64,000 nt of DNA from an uncultured candidatus Porisulfidus sp. (GTDB taxonomy: Bacteria; Pseudomonadota; Gammaproteobacteria; Poriferisulfidales; Oxydemutatoraceae), in assembly GCA_965215125.1 (NCBI GenBank), contig OZ244052.1:1376001-1440000 (forward strand). Reading direction: 5' to 3'. The notes beneath the pieces are model-generated. The model did no database searches. It saw nothing but the letters and a program-made list of their open reading frames with translations, and had not been told where the DNA came from. The position numbers were made by a program, and so were the translations under genes. This document shows, in pieces, positions 1-10,452 of this stretch (position 1 is its first letter; each line of letters starts with the position of its first letter).

Positions 1-946
1 GGCATACTACCAAAGTGAATTTTTATCGCTGGGCATACAACCCTGCTTTTATACAGCTGCTACTAGGGGTCGTGGGACACGGATATTGCTTGAGGCAATC
101 GCTGCCGAGTTAGGCGGCACCTTGCCGAGGAAGAGCGACCCTAAGCGCATACATCTTGCCATTATCGGTCGTCCCAATGTCGGGAAATCTACACTTGTCA
201 ATACCTTGATTGAGGAGCAGCGTATATTGACCTCGTCGACACCCGGAACGACTCGCAGTGCAATCAGTGTGCCTTTTTCTTTTAACGGGAAAAGTTTTTC
301 TTTGGTGGATACCGCCGGTATACGGCGGCGAAGCAAGCTCAAAGACGATGTTGAGAAGTTTAGTGTCGCACAATCTTTTGAGCATATCGTGATGGGTGAT
401 GTCGCGTTATTAGTTTGCGATGCTTCGGAAGGTGTCACCGACCAAGACGCACATCTTGCGATGCACGCGATAGAGCAGGGTTGTGCACTCGTAATCGCAT
501 TAAATAAATATGACTTGGTTAATACCGCTAATAACACTTATCTTAAGCGTAGTTTGGATACGAGTTTAGGTTTTTTGGATTATATAGAACACTATCGCAT
601 TTCGGCATTGAAAGGCACCGGCTTGTCGGCATTGATGAAAGCGGTCGTGAGCGCGTATCGCAATGCTTGTATTAAAATTCCCACAGCCGAGTGTAACCGC
701 GTTTTGAAGGCGGCCCTCGCCCGACACTCGCCGCCACTGGTGAAAAACCGACAGATTAAACCTCGTTATATTTGCCAAGTCGGTGAATTACCGCCGCGTT
801 TTGTTATTTCGGGCAGTAGAGTAGATTGTCTACCCCAACATTACAAACGTTATTTAGCCTCTTATATCCGACGTTGTTTTAGGCTTAAAGGCACGCCTAT
901 TTTTTTAGAATTTCGCAGAACTCCGAACCCGTATACTTCCGATTAA
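1..946 (+). CDS. der: Ribosome biogenesis GTPase Der (EngA), 5'-truncated by the window edge
   Basis: Second GTPase domain GRPNVGKS, DTAG, NKYD plus KH-like C-terminus; frame is open back to position 2. Confidence 0.95.
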   Translation, partial: AYYQSEFLSLGIQPCFYTAATRGRGTRILLEAIAAELGGTLPRKSDPKRIHLAIIGRPNVGKSTLVNTLIEEQRILTSSTPGTTRSAISVPFSFNGKSFSLVDTAGIRRRSKLKDDVEKFSVAQSFEHIVMGDVALLVCDASEGVTDQDAHLAMHAIEQGCALVIALNKYDLVNTANNTYLKRSLDTSLGFLDYIEHYRISALKGTGLSALMKAVVSAYRNACIKIPTAECNRVLKAALARHSPPLVKNRQIKPRYICQVGELPPRFVISGSRVDCLPQHYKRYLASYIRRCFRLKGTPIFLEFRRTPNPYTSD

Positions 947-1022
947 CACACGCACTGATGTATTCATTCCTCTCCTTTGTAAGGAGAGGGTTAATATGTT
1001 TACCCACTTCTAAAGACAAATA

Positions 1023-1031
1023 TGATATAAT
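1023..1031 (+). promoter_or_regulatory. Putative extended -10 promoter (TGnTATAAT)
   Basis: TGATATAAT about 20 nt upstream of the ATG at 1052. Confidence 0.4.
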
Positions 1032-1051
1032 TTCCTCAATATATTGATAAT

Positions 1052-4000
1052 ATGCTTAAACCACTAAGGAAAATAAAGGGTATATTTACCTCTCAGCTTA
1101 TCCCTCAAACAATCTTTCTGTTTGCATGGTTTTTATTATCCGGTGTTTGCCATGCGCAAACCCAGCCCCAAATTCAAGTACGGGTATTCATGGAAGGCCT
1201 GCTGAAGCCGATACCGGAAATGGTACGGGTGGAAGCAGGTACGTTTAATATCGGGACCGAAGAATTAGTAGGTCCACAAAATAGCATTTGGAACAACGGC
1301 GCGATCGAAACAGATGATGGTCACAATTTTGAGGGAGAATGTGATATCCAGGATTGTTCAAAACCGCTAATCAACATCTTGCAGTCCTTTGAAGTCGGTA
1401 AGCATGAAATAACCCGAGAGCAATTTAAGTTTTTCCTGAATAGTGCAACACGAGAAAGTATCTCCCCTCATAGTGTGTGGAATGATCCTGAGTATTATGC
1501 CCGAAATACCGACCATCCGGCGACGTATGTGTCGTGGGACGATGCCCAAAAGTATGTGAGGTGGTTATCGGCAGAAACCGGACAAGAATATCGTTTATTG
1601 AGTGAATCAGAATGGGAATATGTAGCACGAGCAGGGACAACCTCGTTGTATTCTTTCGGTGATACGATTAGAAAAGATCAAGCGAACTTTAATAGTGTCG
1701 GCACTGTACCGGTAGGCAGTTATCCTGCCAATGATTTCGGGTTGCACGATGTTCACGGCAACGTATGGGAGTGGGTTGAAGATTGTTGGCATCAGAGTTA
1801 CAACGACTTGCCGACAGACGGTAGTGCTTGGGATACCTCTTGTGAAGGAACCGATACAGAATCGGTGCTTCGTGGTGGAGCATGGGATAGTGCCACGCCA
1901 TTACTACTACGTTCTGCGCAACGCGGCCTAGGTTCAGAAACCCGCCATTTTGACAATGTCGGATTCCGTATTGCCCGAACGCTTAAACCGCGCTTGACTA
2001 TAGCTAGCCCGCAACCGGATACGAATATTATGTTACTGCACGGAGGTGTTTCGGGTTCTACCCAAGTTCAAGTTGTAATCAACATTGCTATGCGAAGTCC
2101 GGGGACACTGATACTGAAGAGCGATGACGAGTCGGTAGTATCTGTATCTATTGACGATGCACAAATTAAATCGCCCGTCGGTAGCACCCAAACAACGGTG
2201 AAGTTTATGTTAACCGCTCAAGGCCCAGGCAATACAAGAGTCACCATATCCGTGGTGGATGACCAAGGGGTTACAAATGAGGTGAAGATTGGTGTGGAGG
2301 TCGGGTCTATCTATCCCGAAATGGTGATGGTGGAGGAAGGGGAATACATGATGGGGTCGACGGAAGGCGACATAGCTAGATTCAATGCCGGTGACGAGGG
2401 TCCGCAACATCTTGTTACCATTCCCGGAAGATTTGAAGTTAGCAGATACGAAGTAACACGAGGACAATTTGCAGCGTTCGCCGATATCGCTGGATATAGT
2501 ACTGAGGATAATGATTGTGACTGGGAAAATCCTCCAGACTTGGCTCAAGACGACAACCACCCGGTGGTGTGTGTTTCGTGGGACGATGCCCAAGCCTATT
2601 TGGAATGGTTATCGGAACAAACCAATCAGGAGTATCGGTTATTGAGCGAGTCGGAATGGGAATATGTAACACGAGCAGGGACGACTTCAACATATTATTT
2701 TGGTGATACGCTTAGCAGAGAGGATGCGAATTACAGCAGCGATGGCACCGTTCCGGTAACCAGCCCCGATTATTCTGCGAATGGTTTTGGACTGTATCAT
2801 GTTCACGGTAATGTAGAGGAGTGGGTTCAGGATTGCTGGCATGCAAACTACGAAGGTGCGCCAACGGATGGTAGTGCTTGGGAAGATAGTTGTTTCGTTA
2901 ATGCCGACCGCCGTGTAGTACGGGGTGGTTCCTGGGACGATGGGGCTACTGATCTGCGTTCCGCATCGCGCGGTTTTGACGACAAAGTAGAGCGTTATGA
3001 AACACTCGGTTTTCGTATTGCCCACTCGCCATTGACGATAGCTAGTCCGAGAGATACAGGTATTAGGCTAACACTCGGAGTTTCGCCGACTACACAAGTT
3101 CAAGTTGTCATTAAAGAGTCCGATACAACAATTCCTGCTAGGATGACATTGCAGCTAGACAGTGGTGGCGAATCGGTGGTGTCTATTTCTACAACCTCAA
3201 TCGTCATAGCACCGACCGTTAGCAAGCAAAGAACCGCAGAATTTATGCTCACTGCACAAAATGTAGGTAATACGGTGTTGACCATTGTAGTGAGGAATGA
3301 ATTGGGGAATCAAGATCAAATAAAAATACCTTTAGAAGCCGAGTCTGTCTTTCCCGAAATGTTGAGTATAAGTGCGGGGACGTTTATGATGGGGGCATCC
3401 GATGGAACTCGGGGCGATGCCGATTGGCCGCAACATCAGGTTGATATCGTCTCTGCTTTTGAAGTCGGACGATATGAAATAACGCGTAGGCAATTTGAGG
3501 TGTTTGTTGATGACACCGACTATACATCGAATGCTCGTTTATGCTCTTGGCGAGATCCGGGGTTTCCTCAAGGCGACAATCACCCGGTGGTATGTGTTAC
3601 CTGGGATGATGCCCAAGCCTATGTGGAATGGTTATCGGATAAAACTAATCAAGAGTATCGTTTATTGAGCGAATCGGAATGGGAATATGTAGCACGGGCA
3701 GGGACGACGACGACATATTCTATCAGGACCAACACCGGTTATGGTAGTAATACGATTACTACGAGCGATGCGAATTACGGCTTTTTTACACATTCAGGAA
3801 CCGTTGCCGTAGGCAGTTATTCTGAGAATGCTTTTGGGCTGTACGATGTTCACGGCAACGTATGGGAGTGGGTAGAGGATTGCTGGCATAACAGCTATGA
3901 TCCTTTTGAACCCGTTAACGGGCAATCAGATGCGCCGGCAAACGGTGAGCCTTGGTTGTCGGGTGGTTGTAGTCTGCGTGTAGTGCGTGGTGGTTCATGG

Positions 4001-4105
4001 ATAAATACCGATGCTTCTGATTTGCGTTCCGCACACCGTGCTCCAGGAACAGTAACTGCTGTCGACAATGGCTTTCGTGTTGCCCGCACACTTTCATCTC
4101 CTTGA
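1052..4105 (+). CDS. Secreted protein with three FGE-sulfatase (SUMF1-like, C-type lectin fold) domains separated by Ig-like linkers
   Basis: Three repeats of RLLSESEWEY..RAG / NxFGLxxVHGNVxEW / RGGxW / GFR; hydrophobic signal ending in CHA. Confidence 0.85.
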   Translation: MLKPLRKIKGIFTSQLIPQTIFLFAWFLLSGVCHAQTQPQIQVRVFMEGLLKPIPEMVRVEAGTFNIGTEELVGPQNSIWNNGAIETDDGHNFEGECDIQDCSKPLINILQSFEVGKHEITREQFKFFLNSATRESISPHSVWNDPEYYARNTDHPATYVSWDDAQKYVRWLSAETGQEYRLLSESEWEYVARAGTTSLYSFGDTIRKDQANFNSVGTVPVGSYPANDFGLHDVHGNVWEWVEDCWHQSYNDLPTDGSAWDTSCEGTDTESVLRGGAWDSATPLLLRSAQRGLGSETRHFDNVGFRIARTLKPRLTIASPQPDTNIMLLHGGVSGSTQVQVVINIAMRSPGTLILKSDDESVVSVSIDDAQIKSPVGSTQTTVKFMLTAQGPGNTRVTISVVDDQGVTNEVKIGVEVGSIYPEMVMVEEGEYMMGSTEGDIARFNAGDEGPQHLVTIPGRFEVSRYEVTRGQFAAFADIAGYSTEDNDCDWENPPDLAQDDNHPVVCVSWDDAQAYLEWLSEQTNQEYRLLSESEWEYVTRAGTTSTYYFGDTLSREDANYSSDGTVPVTSPDYSANGFGLYHVHGNVEEWVQDCWHANYEGAPTDGSAWEDSCFVNADRRVVRGGSWDDGATDLRSASRGFDDKVERYETLGFRIAHSPLTIASPRDTGIRLTLGVSPTTQVQVVIKESDTTIPARMTLQLDSGGESVVSISTTSIVIAPTVSKQRTAEFMLTAQNVGNTVLTIVVRNELGNQDQIKIPLEAESVFPEMLSISAGTFMMGASDGTRGDADWPQHQVDIVSAFEVGRYEITRRQFEVFVDDTDYTSNARLCSWRDPGFPQGDNHPVVCVTWDDAQAYVEWLSDKTNQEYRLLSESEWEYVARAGTTTTYSIRTNTGYGSNTITTSDANYGFFTHSGTVAVGSYSENAFGLYDVHGNVWEWVEDCWHNSYDPFEPVNGQSDAPANGEPWLSGGCSLRVVRGGSWINTDASDLRSAHRAPGTVTAVDNGFRVARTLSSP

Positions 4106-4155
4106 TTTATGGATCTGCTCTAAGGCATTTGCAAACTACCTCGTGGTCGTGTCGT

Positions 4156-4361
4156 GGGACTATTGAAATAGTATCCACGAACCGTAGGGGCGGACTTCAT
4201 GAAATTGCCGATTGACCTACTGGTTCAATCGGCGGTTCTGTTCTGCCCGTAACGCGTTGCGCCGGCACGATTTATACATTCATTCATCCAATTTATGGAA
4301 ACCAAAACCAAATGGCGCAAGCGGTTGCAGTTGTGCAAAAACAATACTTTTTCAACAGTCC
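4156..4361. mobile_element. MITE-like module D containing a GTAG-REP with a B hairpin in its loop
   Basis: Inverted ends GGGACTATTGAAATAG / CTTTTTCAACAGTCC; direct repeat TGTCGT at 4150-4155 and 4362-4367. Confidence 0.75.
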
Positions 4362-4624
4362 TGTCGTATCTGCACTAGTTTATCGGAAAAACCGACTTTA
4401 ACATTGATACTAAATTGGGGGAGAACGTCAGTGCCATGCAGTTTGTGATGCTTTTCCTACGTTGCGGGATACAGCCTATATTTGATTATTCTATGTGTTT
4501 CGTTCATTTATTATTTTAACGCTTGTAGAAAGAGGTATATAATTCCCTTATTTTTTCTATAAAACTCTATAGTTTTATGCTATTTTAGTTCTGCACGGGG
4601 GGCTAATCGGCACTTATATTTTTC

Positions 4625-5134
4625 ATGATACATTTAAGCGACAACCGAACTATTTATCTGACAGCTTGGATTTTGTGCTTGCTGGCATTGATGATTTCGG
4701 TCTTTTTTATGCAGGGATACCTTAACCTTGAACCTTGTCCGTTGTGCATTATTAGTCGCTTTATAGTCGCCGCACTTGCATTGTTATTTTTATTGATCGT
4801 GTTGCACAACCCCGGTGTTTTAGGATACAGACTGTATGCAGGACTATCCATGATACTGATTGGGGCAGGCATCGCCGTCTCTGCCAGACATATTTGGTTG
4901 CAGAGTTTGCCGCCCGAACTTGTTCCCGGTTGCACCCCCGATATTCAATATCTATTCGACCGTTTTCCGTTGTTCGAGGCACTGGAGACAATTTTCAATA
5001 GCACCGGAGAATGTGCCGATATTAGCTGGACCTTTCTGGGGTTGACGATACCACAGCAGACATTATTATTTTTTATTGCTTTGTTATTGCTGGTATTATT
5101 TGCGTTTGTTAAAAGCTACAGACGGGTGCAATGA
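4625..5134 (+). CDS. dsbB: Disulfide bond formation protein DsbB
   Basis: LEPCPLCI motif, four TM segments, second Cys pair, WTFLGL. Confidence 0.93.
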   Translation: MIHLSDNRTIYLTAWILCLLALMISVFFMQGYLNLEPCPLCIISRFIVAALALLFLLIVLHNPGVLGYRLYAGLSMILIGAGIAVSARHIWLQSLPPELVPGCTPDIQYLFDRFPLFEALETIFNSTGECADISWTFLGLTIPQQTLLFFIALLLLVLFAFVKSYRRVQ

Positions 5135-5799
5135 GTCGTATAGTATCCATCAATGTATCTAAACCGGTGCCGTTGGTTTATAAAGGGCGTCGTGTTCAAA
5201 GTAGTATTCGCAAGCAGCCGGTCACCGGTACCGTCTCGTTAGGCATGCAGGGTTTGGACGGTGACCGGCAAGCCGATCTTCGTAATCACGGTGGGCGAGA
5301 AAAAGGCGTTTATATTTATCCGTCCGAGCACTATAAAACTTGGGAAGAGCATTTGAACAAGCGGTTGGTATACGGCACCTTGGGTGAGAACTTAACAGCC
5401 GAAGGCTTGTTTGAAACCGAACTTTGTGTCGGGGATCGTCTGGTCATTGCCGATGCCGTCGTTGAAATAACGCAGCCGCGTATACCTTGTTATAAGCTTG
5501 ATATGAGTGTGGAACAGGACGGTTTTTCTAAAACTTTTGCACAAAGTTGTAAACTAGGTGGTTATGCAAGAATTATCAAAGGCGGCACTTTGGTAGCCGG
5601 TGAAGAAATCGTGTTTGTGCATCGCGCCCCAGAGCGTATTAGCGTGCAACAAATCGCGCGTCTTTATTTTATAGACAAACAGAATTACGATGCTTTGGAG
5701 CAGGTTGTCAAAATCAAGGCATTACCGTATTCCATACGGCATGTATTCGAGAAGCGATTGGCAGCTTCCAAAATGCAAGGCAACTTGATACGAGATTAA
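5131..5799 (+). CDS. MOSC domain protein (YiiM-like, with 3-alpha domain)
   Basis: GDRQAD..HGG, GENL, QPRIPCYKL. Confidence 0.88.
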   Translation: MSRIVSINVSKPVPLVYKGRRVQSSIRKQPVTGTVSLGMQGLDGDRQADLRNHGGREKGVYIYPSEHYKTWEEHLNKRLVYGTLGENLTAEGLFETELCVGDRLVIADAVVEITQPRIPCYKLDMSVEQDGFSKTFAQSCKLGGYARIIKGGTLVAGEEIVFVHRAPERISVQQIARLYFIDKQNYDALEQVVKIKALPYSIRHVFEKRLAASKMQGNLIRD

Positions 5800-5801
5800 A
5801 G

Positions 5802-6641
5802 GTGACCGACGGAACAATAACACCGATTGCATTAATCGGCTACGGCAATATCGCACATAGTTTGCTGAAAGGCTTGCTCGCCGCCGGATACGAAGCCAAT
5901 AATATACGCATATCGGATCCGACTACCTCTAAATTGTCGGAGAGCAACAGGCAAAACGAGGCAATACGCACCTACGCTTCTAATTTGTCGGCGATTGAAG
6001 ATGCGACAATAGCAATTTTATGTGTGAAACCCGATGTGGTGCCTAAGGTGTGTGCAGAGATTAAAGATGCGTTGATAAGGCAGTCTGTGTTGTTGGTTTC
6101 GGTTGCCGCCGGTGTACCGGTGGATTTGTTGCAGCGATGGACTACGAGTACACAGCCTATCATACGCTGCATGCCTAATACGCCATCTTCGGTGGGTTGC
6201 GGGATGACCGCGCTATACGCTAATCGACATATCGGCGATGCTCATAAAAAATTAAGCGAGGATATTTTTGCCACGGTAGGTTCTACCGTTTGGTTGGAAA
6301 ATGAAAAAGATATGCACATCGTCACTGCGCTCTCGGGTAGTGGCCCTGCTTATTTTTTTAGATTTACCGAAGCCTTTGAGAAAGCCGCAAAGGAATTGGA
6401 TTGTCCGTCGGGGATAGCCCGAAAGCTGGCAATACAAACTTTGTACGGTGCTGCGACGCTCGCCTCAAAAAGCCACTGTGAGTTGTCGGTTTTGAGAGAA
6501 CGGATTACCTCCAAAGGTGGGACTACCGAACGAGGCCTGCAAGTTTTAGAGCAGGTGGATATAGATCGAATCGCACACTCGGTACTAACTGCAGCATCTT
6601 TGTGTTCTGCCGAAATATCGGATCAATTGGAGGATTCGTGA
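5802..6641 (+). CDS. proC: Pyrroline-5-carboxylate reductase
   Basis: IGYGNI, RCMPNTP, ALSGSGPAY, TSKGGTT. Confidence 0.95.
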   Translation: MTDGTITPIALIGYGNIAHSLLKGLLAAGYEANNIRISDPTTSKLSESNRQNEAIRTYASNLSAIEDATIAILCVKPDVVPKVCAEIKDALIRQSVLLVSVAAGVPVDLLQRWTTSTQPIIRCMPNTPSSVGCGMTALYANRHIGDAHKKLSEDIFATVGSTVWLENEKDMHIVTALSGSGPAYFFRFTEAFEKAAKELDCPSGIARKLAIQTLYGAATLASKSHCELSVLRERITSKGGTTERGLQVLEQVDIDRIAHSVLTAASLCSAEISDQLEDS

Positions 6642-7195
6642 TGAGTAGTGTGCAGCAGATTGCTTTGTTCTTAGTCGATACGCTGATGACTTTGTATATT
6701 TTCTTTTTGATTGCCCGAGCAATACTGGAGGCGAGCGAGGCAGATTTTTACAATCCGATATCGCAAAGCGTTTATACGATAACCCAACCAATACTTAGAT
6801 TAATCAGGTTCGTGATACCGGTGAAAGGAACCTGGGATATAGGCTGCTGGTTATTGATTTATGTTATGCGAGTGTCCGAACTTTTTTTGATCGCGCTGAT
6901 ACAAGGTATTTCTTGGCCAGTGGAGCTATTGCTCAAGATAGCCGCTTTTCAGGTCGTAGAATGGCTGATTCAATTTTATGCGATTGCGATTTTCGTTTTA
7001 GCGATTGCGAGCTGGTTTGTGAGACCTACGACTATGATACAAAACCCTGTTTTGGCGTTGCTTAATCATATTGTCGCACCACTGATAGCACCGGTTAGGC
7101 GTTTGATGCCCAGCGTAGGTGTGGTGGATTTTAGTCCGATGGTTGTGCTGTTGGCACTGTATATATTGCTCAATATAATTCGGACATTTTATTGA
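6641..7195 (+). CDS. yggT: YggT family membrane protein
   Basis: DFYNPISQ, duplicated YGGT repeats ending DFSP; follows proC; start moved to the ATG overlapping the proC stop. Confidence 0.9.
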   Translation: MSSVQQIALFLVDTLMTLYIFFLIARAILEASEADFYNPISQSVYTITQPILRLIRFVIPVKGTWDIGCWLLIYVMRVSELFLIALIQGISWPVELLLKIAAFQVVEWLIQFYAIAIFVLAIASWFVRPTTMIQNPVLALLNHIVAPLIAPVRRLMPSVGVVDFSPMVVLLALYILLNIIRTFY

Positions 7196-7206
7196 ACCGA
7201 GTATAG

Positions 7207-8223
7207 ATGGGAACCTTGGTTTTGGGTATAGAGACTTCTTGCGACGAGACCGGCATCGGTTTGGTTGACTCGCAGGCGGGTGTGGTGGGAGAAGCCCTTT
7301 TTAGTCAGGTTCTTCTACACCAATCTTATGGCGGGGTCGTTCCCGAACTCGCATCCAGAGATCATGTGCGCAAATTGTTGCCTCTGCTGAAAAAAGCCTT
7401 AGGTGATTATCGTATTGAACAGCTTGATGCGATTGCTTATACCGCTGGTCCCGGTTTGATAGGCGCATTGCTCACCGGTGCGGTATTCGGGCATAGTTTG
7501 GCGTGGGCATTAAAGAAACCGGCACTGGGCATACACCACTTAGAAGCCCATATACTCGCTTGTATGCTAGAGGTGCCGTCGTGGCGACCACCTTATTTGG
7601 CATTGTTGGTGTCGGGTGGACACACGCAGTTGATAGAGGTATTGGGTTTGGGAACATACCGATTATTGGGTGATACTTTGGATGATGCCGTAGGAGAAGC
7701 CTTTGATAAAGTTGCCAAGATGTTGGGCTTGCCCTATCCGGGCGGACCGGCAATTTCCAAACTTGCCGAGCGCGGCGTAGCAGGACGTTTTGAGTTCACC
7801 AGTCCCATGGTGGATAGACCGGGCCTGGATTTTAGTTTTAGCGGATTGAAAACACAAGTGATGAATCATGTCTCAAAATGCACAAATGACGAACAGACAT
7901 ACGCCGATATCGCATTGGCTTTTGAGACCGCTGCGATTAACGCACTAATCGTAAAAAGCAAGCGAGCATTGAAGCAAACAGCGTATAAACAATTTGTGGT
8001 TGCCGGCGGCGTTGCGGCAAACCGTCGCTTGCGCAATAAGCTAAAAGAATTGACGGAAGATGCCGTTCAAGTAGTCTACCCTAAACCTGATTTGTGTGTG
8101 GATAATGGGGTGATGGTTGCTTATGCCGGCATGGTGCGATTTCTGGCAGGGCAACAGGCGGATTTGTCTTTGCAAGTCAAAGCTCGTTGGCAACTATCCG
8201 ATTTGTGTCATGTCAACCCCTAA
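7207..8223 (+). CDS. tsaD: tRNA threonylcarbamoyltransferase TsaD
   Basis: GIETSCDET, GGVVPELASR, HHLEAH, VSGGHT. Confidence 0.97.
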   Translation: MGTLVLGIETSCDETGIGLVDSQAGVVGEALFSQVLLHQSYGGVVPELASRDHVRKLLPLLKKALGDYRIEQLDAIAYTAGPGLIGALLTGAVFGHSLAWALKKPALGIHHLEAHILACMLEVPSWRPPYLALLVSGGHTQLIEVLGLGTYRLLGDTLDDAVGEAFDKVAKMLGLPYPGGPAISKLAERGVAGRFEFTSPMVDRPGLDFSFSGLKTQVMNHVSKCTNDEQTYADIALAFETAAINALIVKSKRALKQTAYKQFVVAGGVAANRRLRNKLKELTEDAVQVVYPKPDLCVDNGVMVAYAGMVRFLAGQQADLSLQVKARWQLSDLCHVNP

Positions 8224-8283
8224 AACCATGGTTTATAGTAAAATAAGTGGTTAATGAAATTGCTATAGGAAGAGGGCTTCATT

Positions 8284-10203
8284 TTGATTCAGGTAATTAT
8301 TCAAACTATTCAGCTGTTAGGACGCCGTGTCATACTAAAGATAAGCTATCTTTCGGGGGCACTCGTATTTTCCGGGTTATTTCAGATAATACCTCTAATG
8401 CTTATCATGCCTCTTATACGGGTAATAGCCCGACCTAATAAACAAAGCGAAGGCTTGCCTAGGAGAATGAAGGCTTTGCTTCCGGAAGACTTTGCAAATT
8501 ACTTGGATAATCTAATAGCAACTACGGAGACGACCACATTGATAATTTCTATTGCGGCATCTGCATTATTGCTATTAGGTACTCAGGCTTTGATGACTAA
8601 ATACATAAGAAAATACACAACTAACTTTGTGAACAAGCAAAGTAATACATTGGCAAATAAACTATTTAATAATTATCTTGAAGCGGATATATTTAGCTAT
8701 GCTAATCCTATGTCTCAGATAGATTCAGGATGCGGTGCTTTGGCACAAATGTTGAATGGCGCGATTATAACCTTTTTTAATATTAGTATGTTTTTCTTAA
8801 TGGCTTTTATTTTGATTTATATATATCCCTTACCCGGGTTTGCCAGTGTAGTAATTATCGTTGGTTCTGTTTCTCTACTAGCCTTTGTTATCCAACCTAA
8901 AATGAATCTTTTAATCAATCAGGCCGACTTGGCTATAAGCAAAGGCTCAAGTGCATTGAAGGATAGCATGGGTGCCATTAAGGAAATCAAATTAATGGGT
9001 AGAGAACGTTTCTTTTTCAATCGCTATCTACAAAGTCAATTAAATAAACAGGACCAACAAGAACTAAAGGAAAGATTTAAGGGCATATCAAATGTTATAC
9101 AGTTAATTATGCGATATTTAGGACTCGCTGTAGGTATTTCATTGGCCATATACTCGTTACCTAAACAGGAATTAGCCGGTTTTGTGATGATTTTTATGCT
9201 ACTTGCAATGAGAGTAACCATGCACGCGCAACAAATACTAACTAACAGTTCGATTGTTTCTCGTTCACTCCTGACGCTTAAGCTACATTACAAAACTCTG
9301 TTAAAGTACGATAAAAAACATTCAAATTTCAAAGATGAGCAGATAGTATGCAAAGAGAACATAGAATTTAAAAACATATATTTCCGACACGATAATACAA
9401 AAGATGATGAAGATCAGGAAAATTATGAAATCGAGGCATTATTACAACAAGAGAAAGAAGAGGAAGAAGAAGAGGAACTCCCATTTATATTGGAAGACGT
9501 AAATTTCAAGGTAAGGCAAGGTCATTTCATAGGATTAGTGGGGAGAAATGGTTCGGGGAAAAGTACTGTTCTTGATCTGTTTGCCGGGCTTCTTATACCT
9601 ACCAAAGGTAGTATATTATTAGATGGGAAGGCATTAGGGGTGTCCGATCGCAGAAACTGGCGTCGGCAAATTAACTATGTAATCCAAAAGCCTCATATCA
9701 TATCGGAGACTATTTTATACAATGTAACCCTAGGTTTGGAAAAAGAAGAAATAGACCAACAACTATTGGAAAACGCACTGAAGTTGTCTATGTTGGATCA
9801 AGTAATTGAGCAGTTGCCCAAAGGCTTGGAAACCCTCGTTGGTATGAGAGGAACAAAAATTTCCGGAGGACAAGCACAGCGTATAGTACTTGCTAGAGCA
9901 ATTTATCAAGATCGCCCGGTGTTATGTCTAGATGAAGCAACTCGCGCTATCGATGCAGCGACGGAAGCTGAGATTATGGAGAAAATTGCTGTTATGCGAG
10001 GTCAAAAAACGCTTATCATAGTGACACATCGAGTGCAATCGCTTAAACAGTGCGATAAGATTTATGTTTTGGACGATAAAAAAATAGCTGCTGAAGGTGA
10101 TTATGAAACGTTATGTGAAACTAGTGAATTGTTTAGGTTATTTGCTTTAGGTGAAAGGCGGAAGAAAACAAAGAAAGAAGAGAGAATTCCCTCGGTTGCC
10201 TGA
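8284..10203 (+). CDS. ABC exporter, fused TMD and NBD
   Basis: Walker A GRNGSGKS, signature ISGGQ, Walker B LDEAT, N-terminal TM helices. Confidence 0.88.
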   Translation: MIQVIIQTIQLLGRRVILKISYLSGALVFSGLFQIIPLMLIMPLIRVIARPNKQSEGLPRRMKALLPEDFANYLDNLIATTETTTLIISIAASALLLLGTQALMTKYIRKYTTNFVNKQSNTLANKLFNNYLEADIFSYANPMSQIDSGCGALAQMLNGAIITFFNISMFFLMAFILIYIYPLPGFASVVIIVGSVSLLAFVIQPKMNLLINQADLAISKGSSALKDSMGAIKEIKLMGRERFFFNRYLQSQLNKQDQQELKERFKGISNVIQLIMRYLGLAVGISLAIYSLPKQELAGFVMIFMLLAMRVTMHAQQILTNSSIVSRSLLTLKLHYKTLLKYDKKHSNFKDEQIVCKENIEFKNIYFRHDNTKDDEDQENYEIEALLQQEKEEEEEEELPFILEDVNFKVRQGHFIGLVGRNGSGKSTVLDLFAGLLIPTKGSILLDGKALGVSDRRNWRRQINYVIQKPHIISETILYNVTLGLEKEEIDQQLLENALKLSMLDQVIEQLPKGLETLVGMRGTKISGGQAQRIVLARAIYQDRPVLCLDEATRAIDAATEAEIMEKIAVMRGQKTLIIVTHRVQSLKQCDKIYVLDDKKIAAEGDYETLCETSELFRLFALGERRKKTKKEERIPSVA

Positions 10204-10212
10204 TAGGATAAC

Positions 10213-10437
10213 CTACTTTTCCCACTCTTTTAGTATCGGCGGTGTGCGCTTTTCCTTGAGTTTGGCTTCGGCTTCTCCTTGGCTATCGGCAAAAATAATT
10301 TTCGCAATAATTGTATCGTTTTTTAAACTCGCCCGTATTTCCCGAACTTTCGTTTTTGCTTCCTTAAAAGAAACAAAGCAATCTAATTGCTCTATACTAT
10401 TTGCTTGCTTATCTATCTTATATATGAAGTACGGCAT
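10213..10437 (-). CDS. Small hypothetical protein downstream of soeC
   Basis: 74-aa ORF co-directional with soeABC, 15 nt after its stop. Confidence 0.65.
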   Translation of the reverse strand: MPYFIYKIDKQANSIEQLDCFVSFKEAKTKVREIRASLKNDTIIAKIIFADSQGEAEAKLKEKRTPPILKEWEK

Positions 10438-10452
10438 GCCGATCAGATAGTC

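Noticed and set aside
4212-4448. Short ORFs in repeat loci (also 16606-16878, 31344-31724, 34878-35108, 47385-47699, 53802-54020, 57824-58066)
   Set aside because: They are translations of the non-coding modules in varying frames and strands, with no consistent start or SD.
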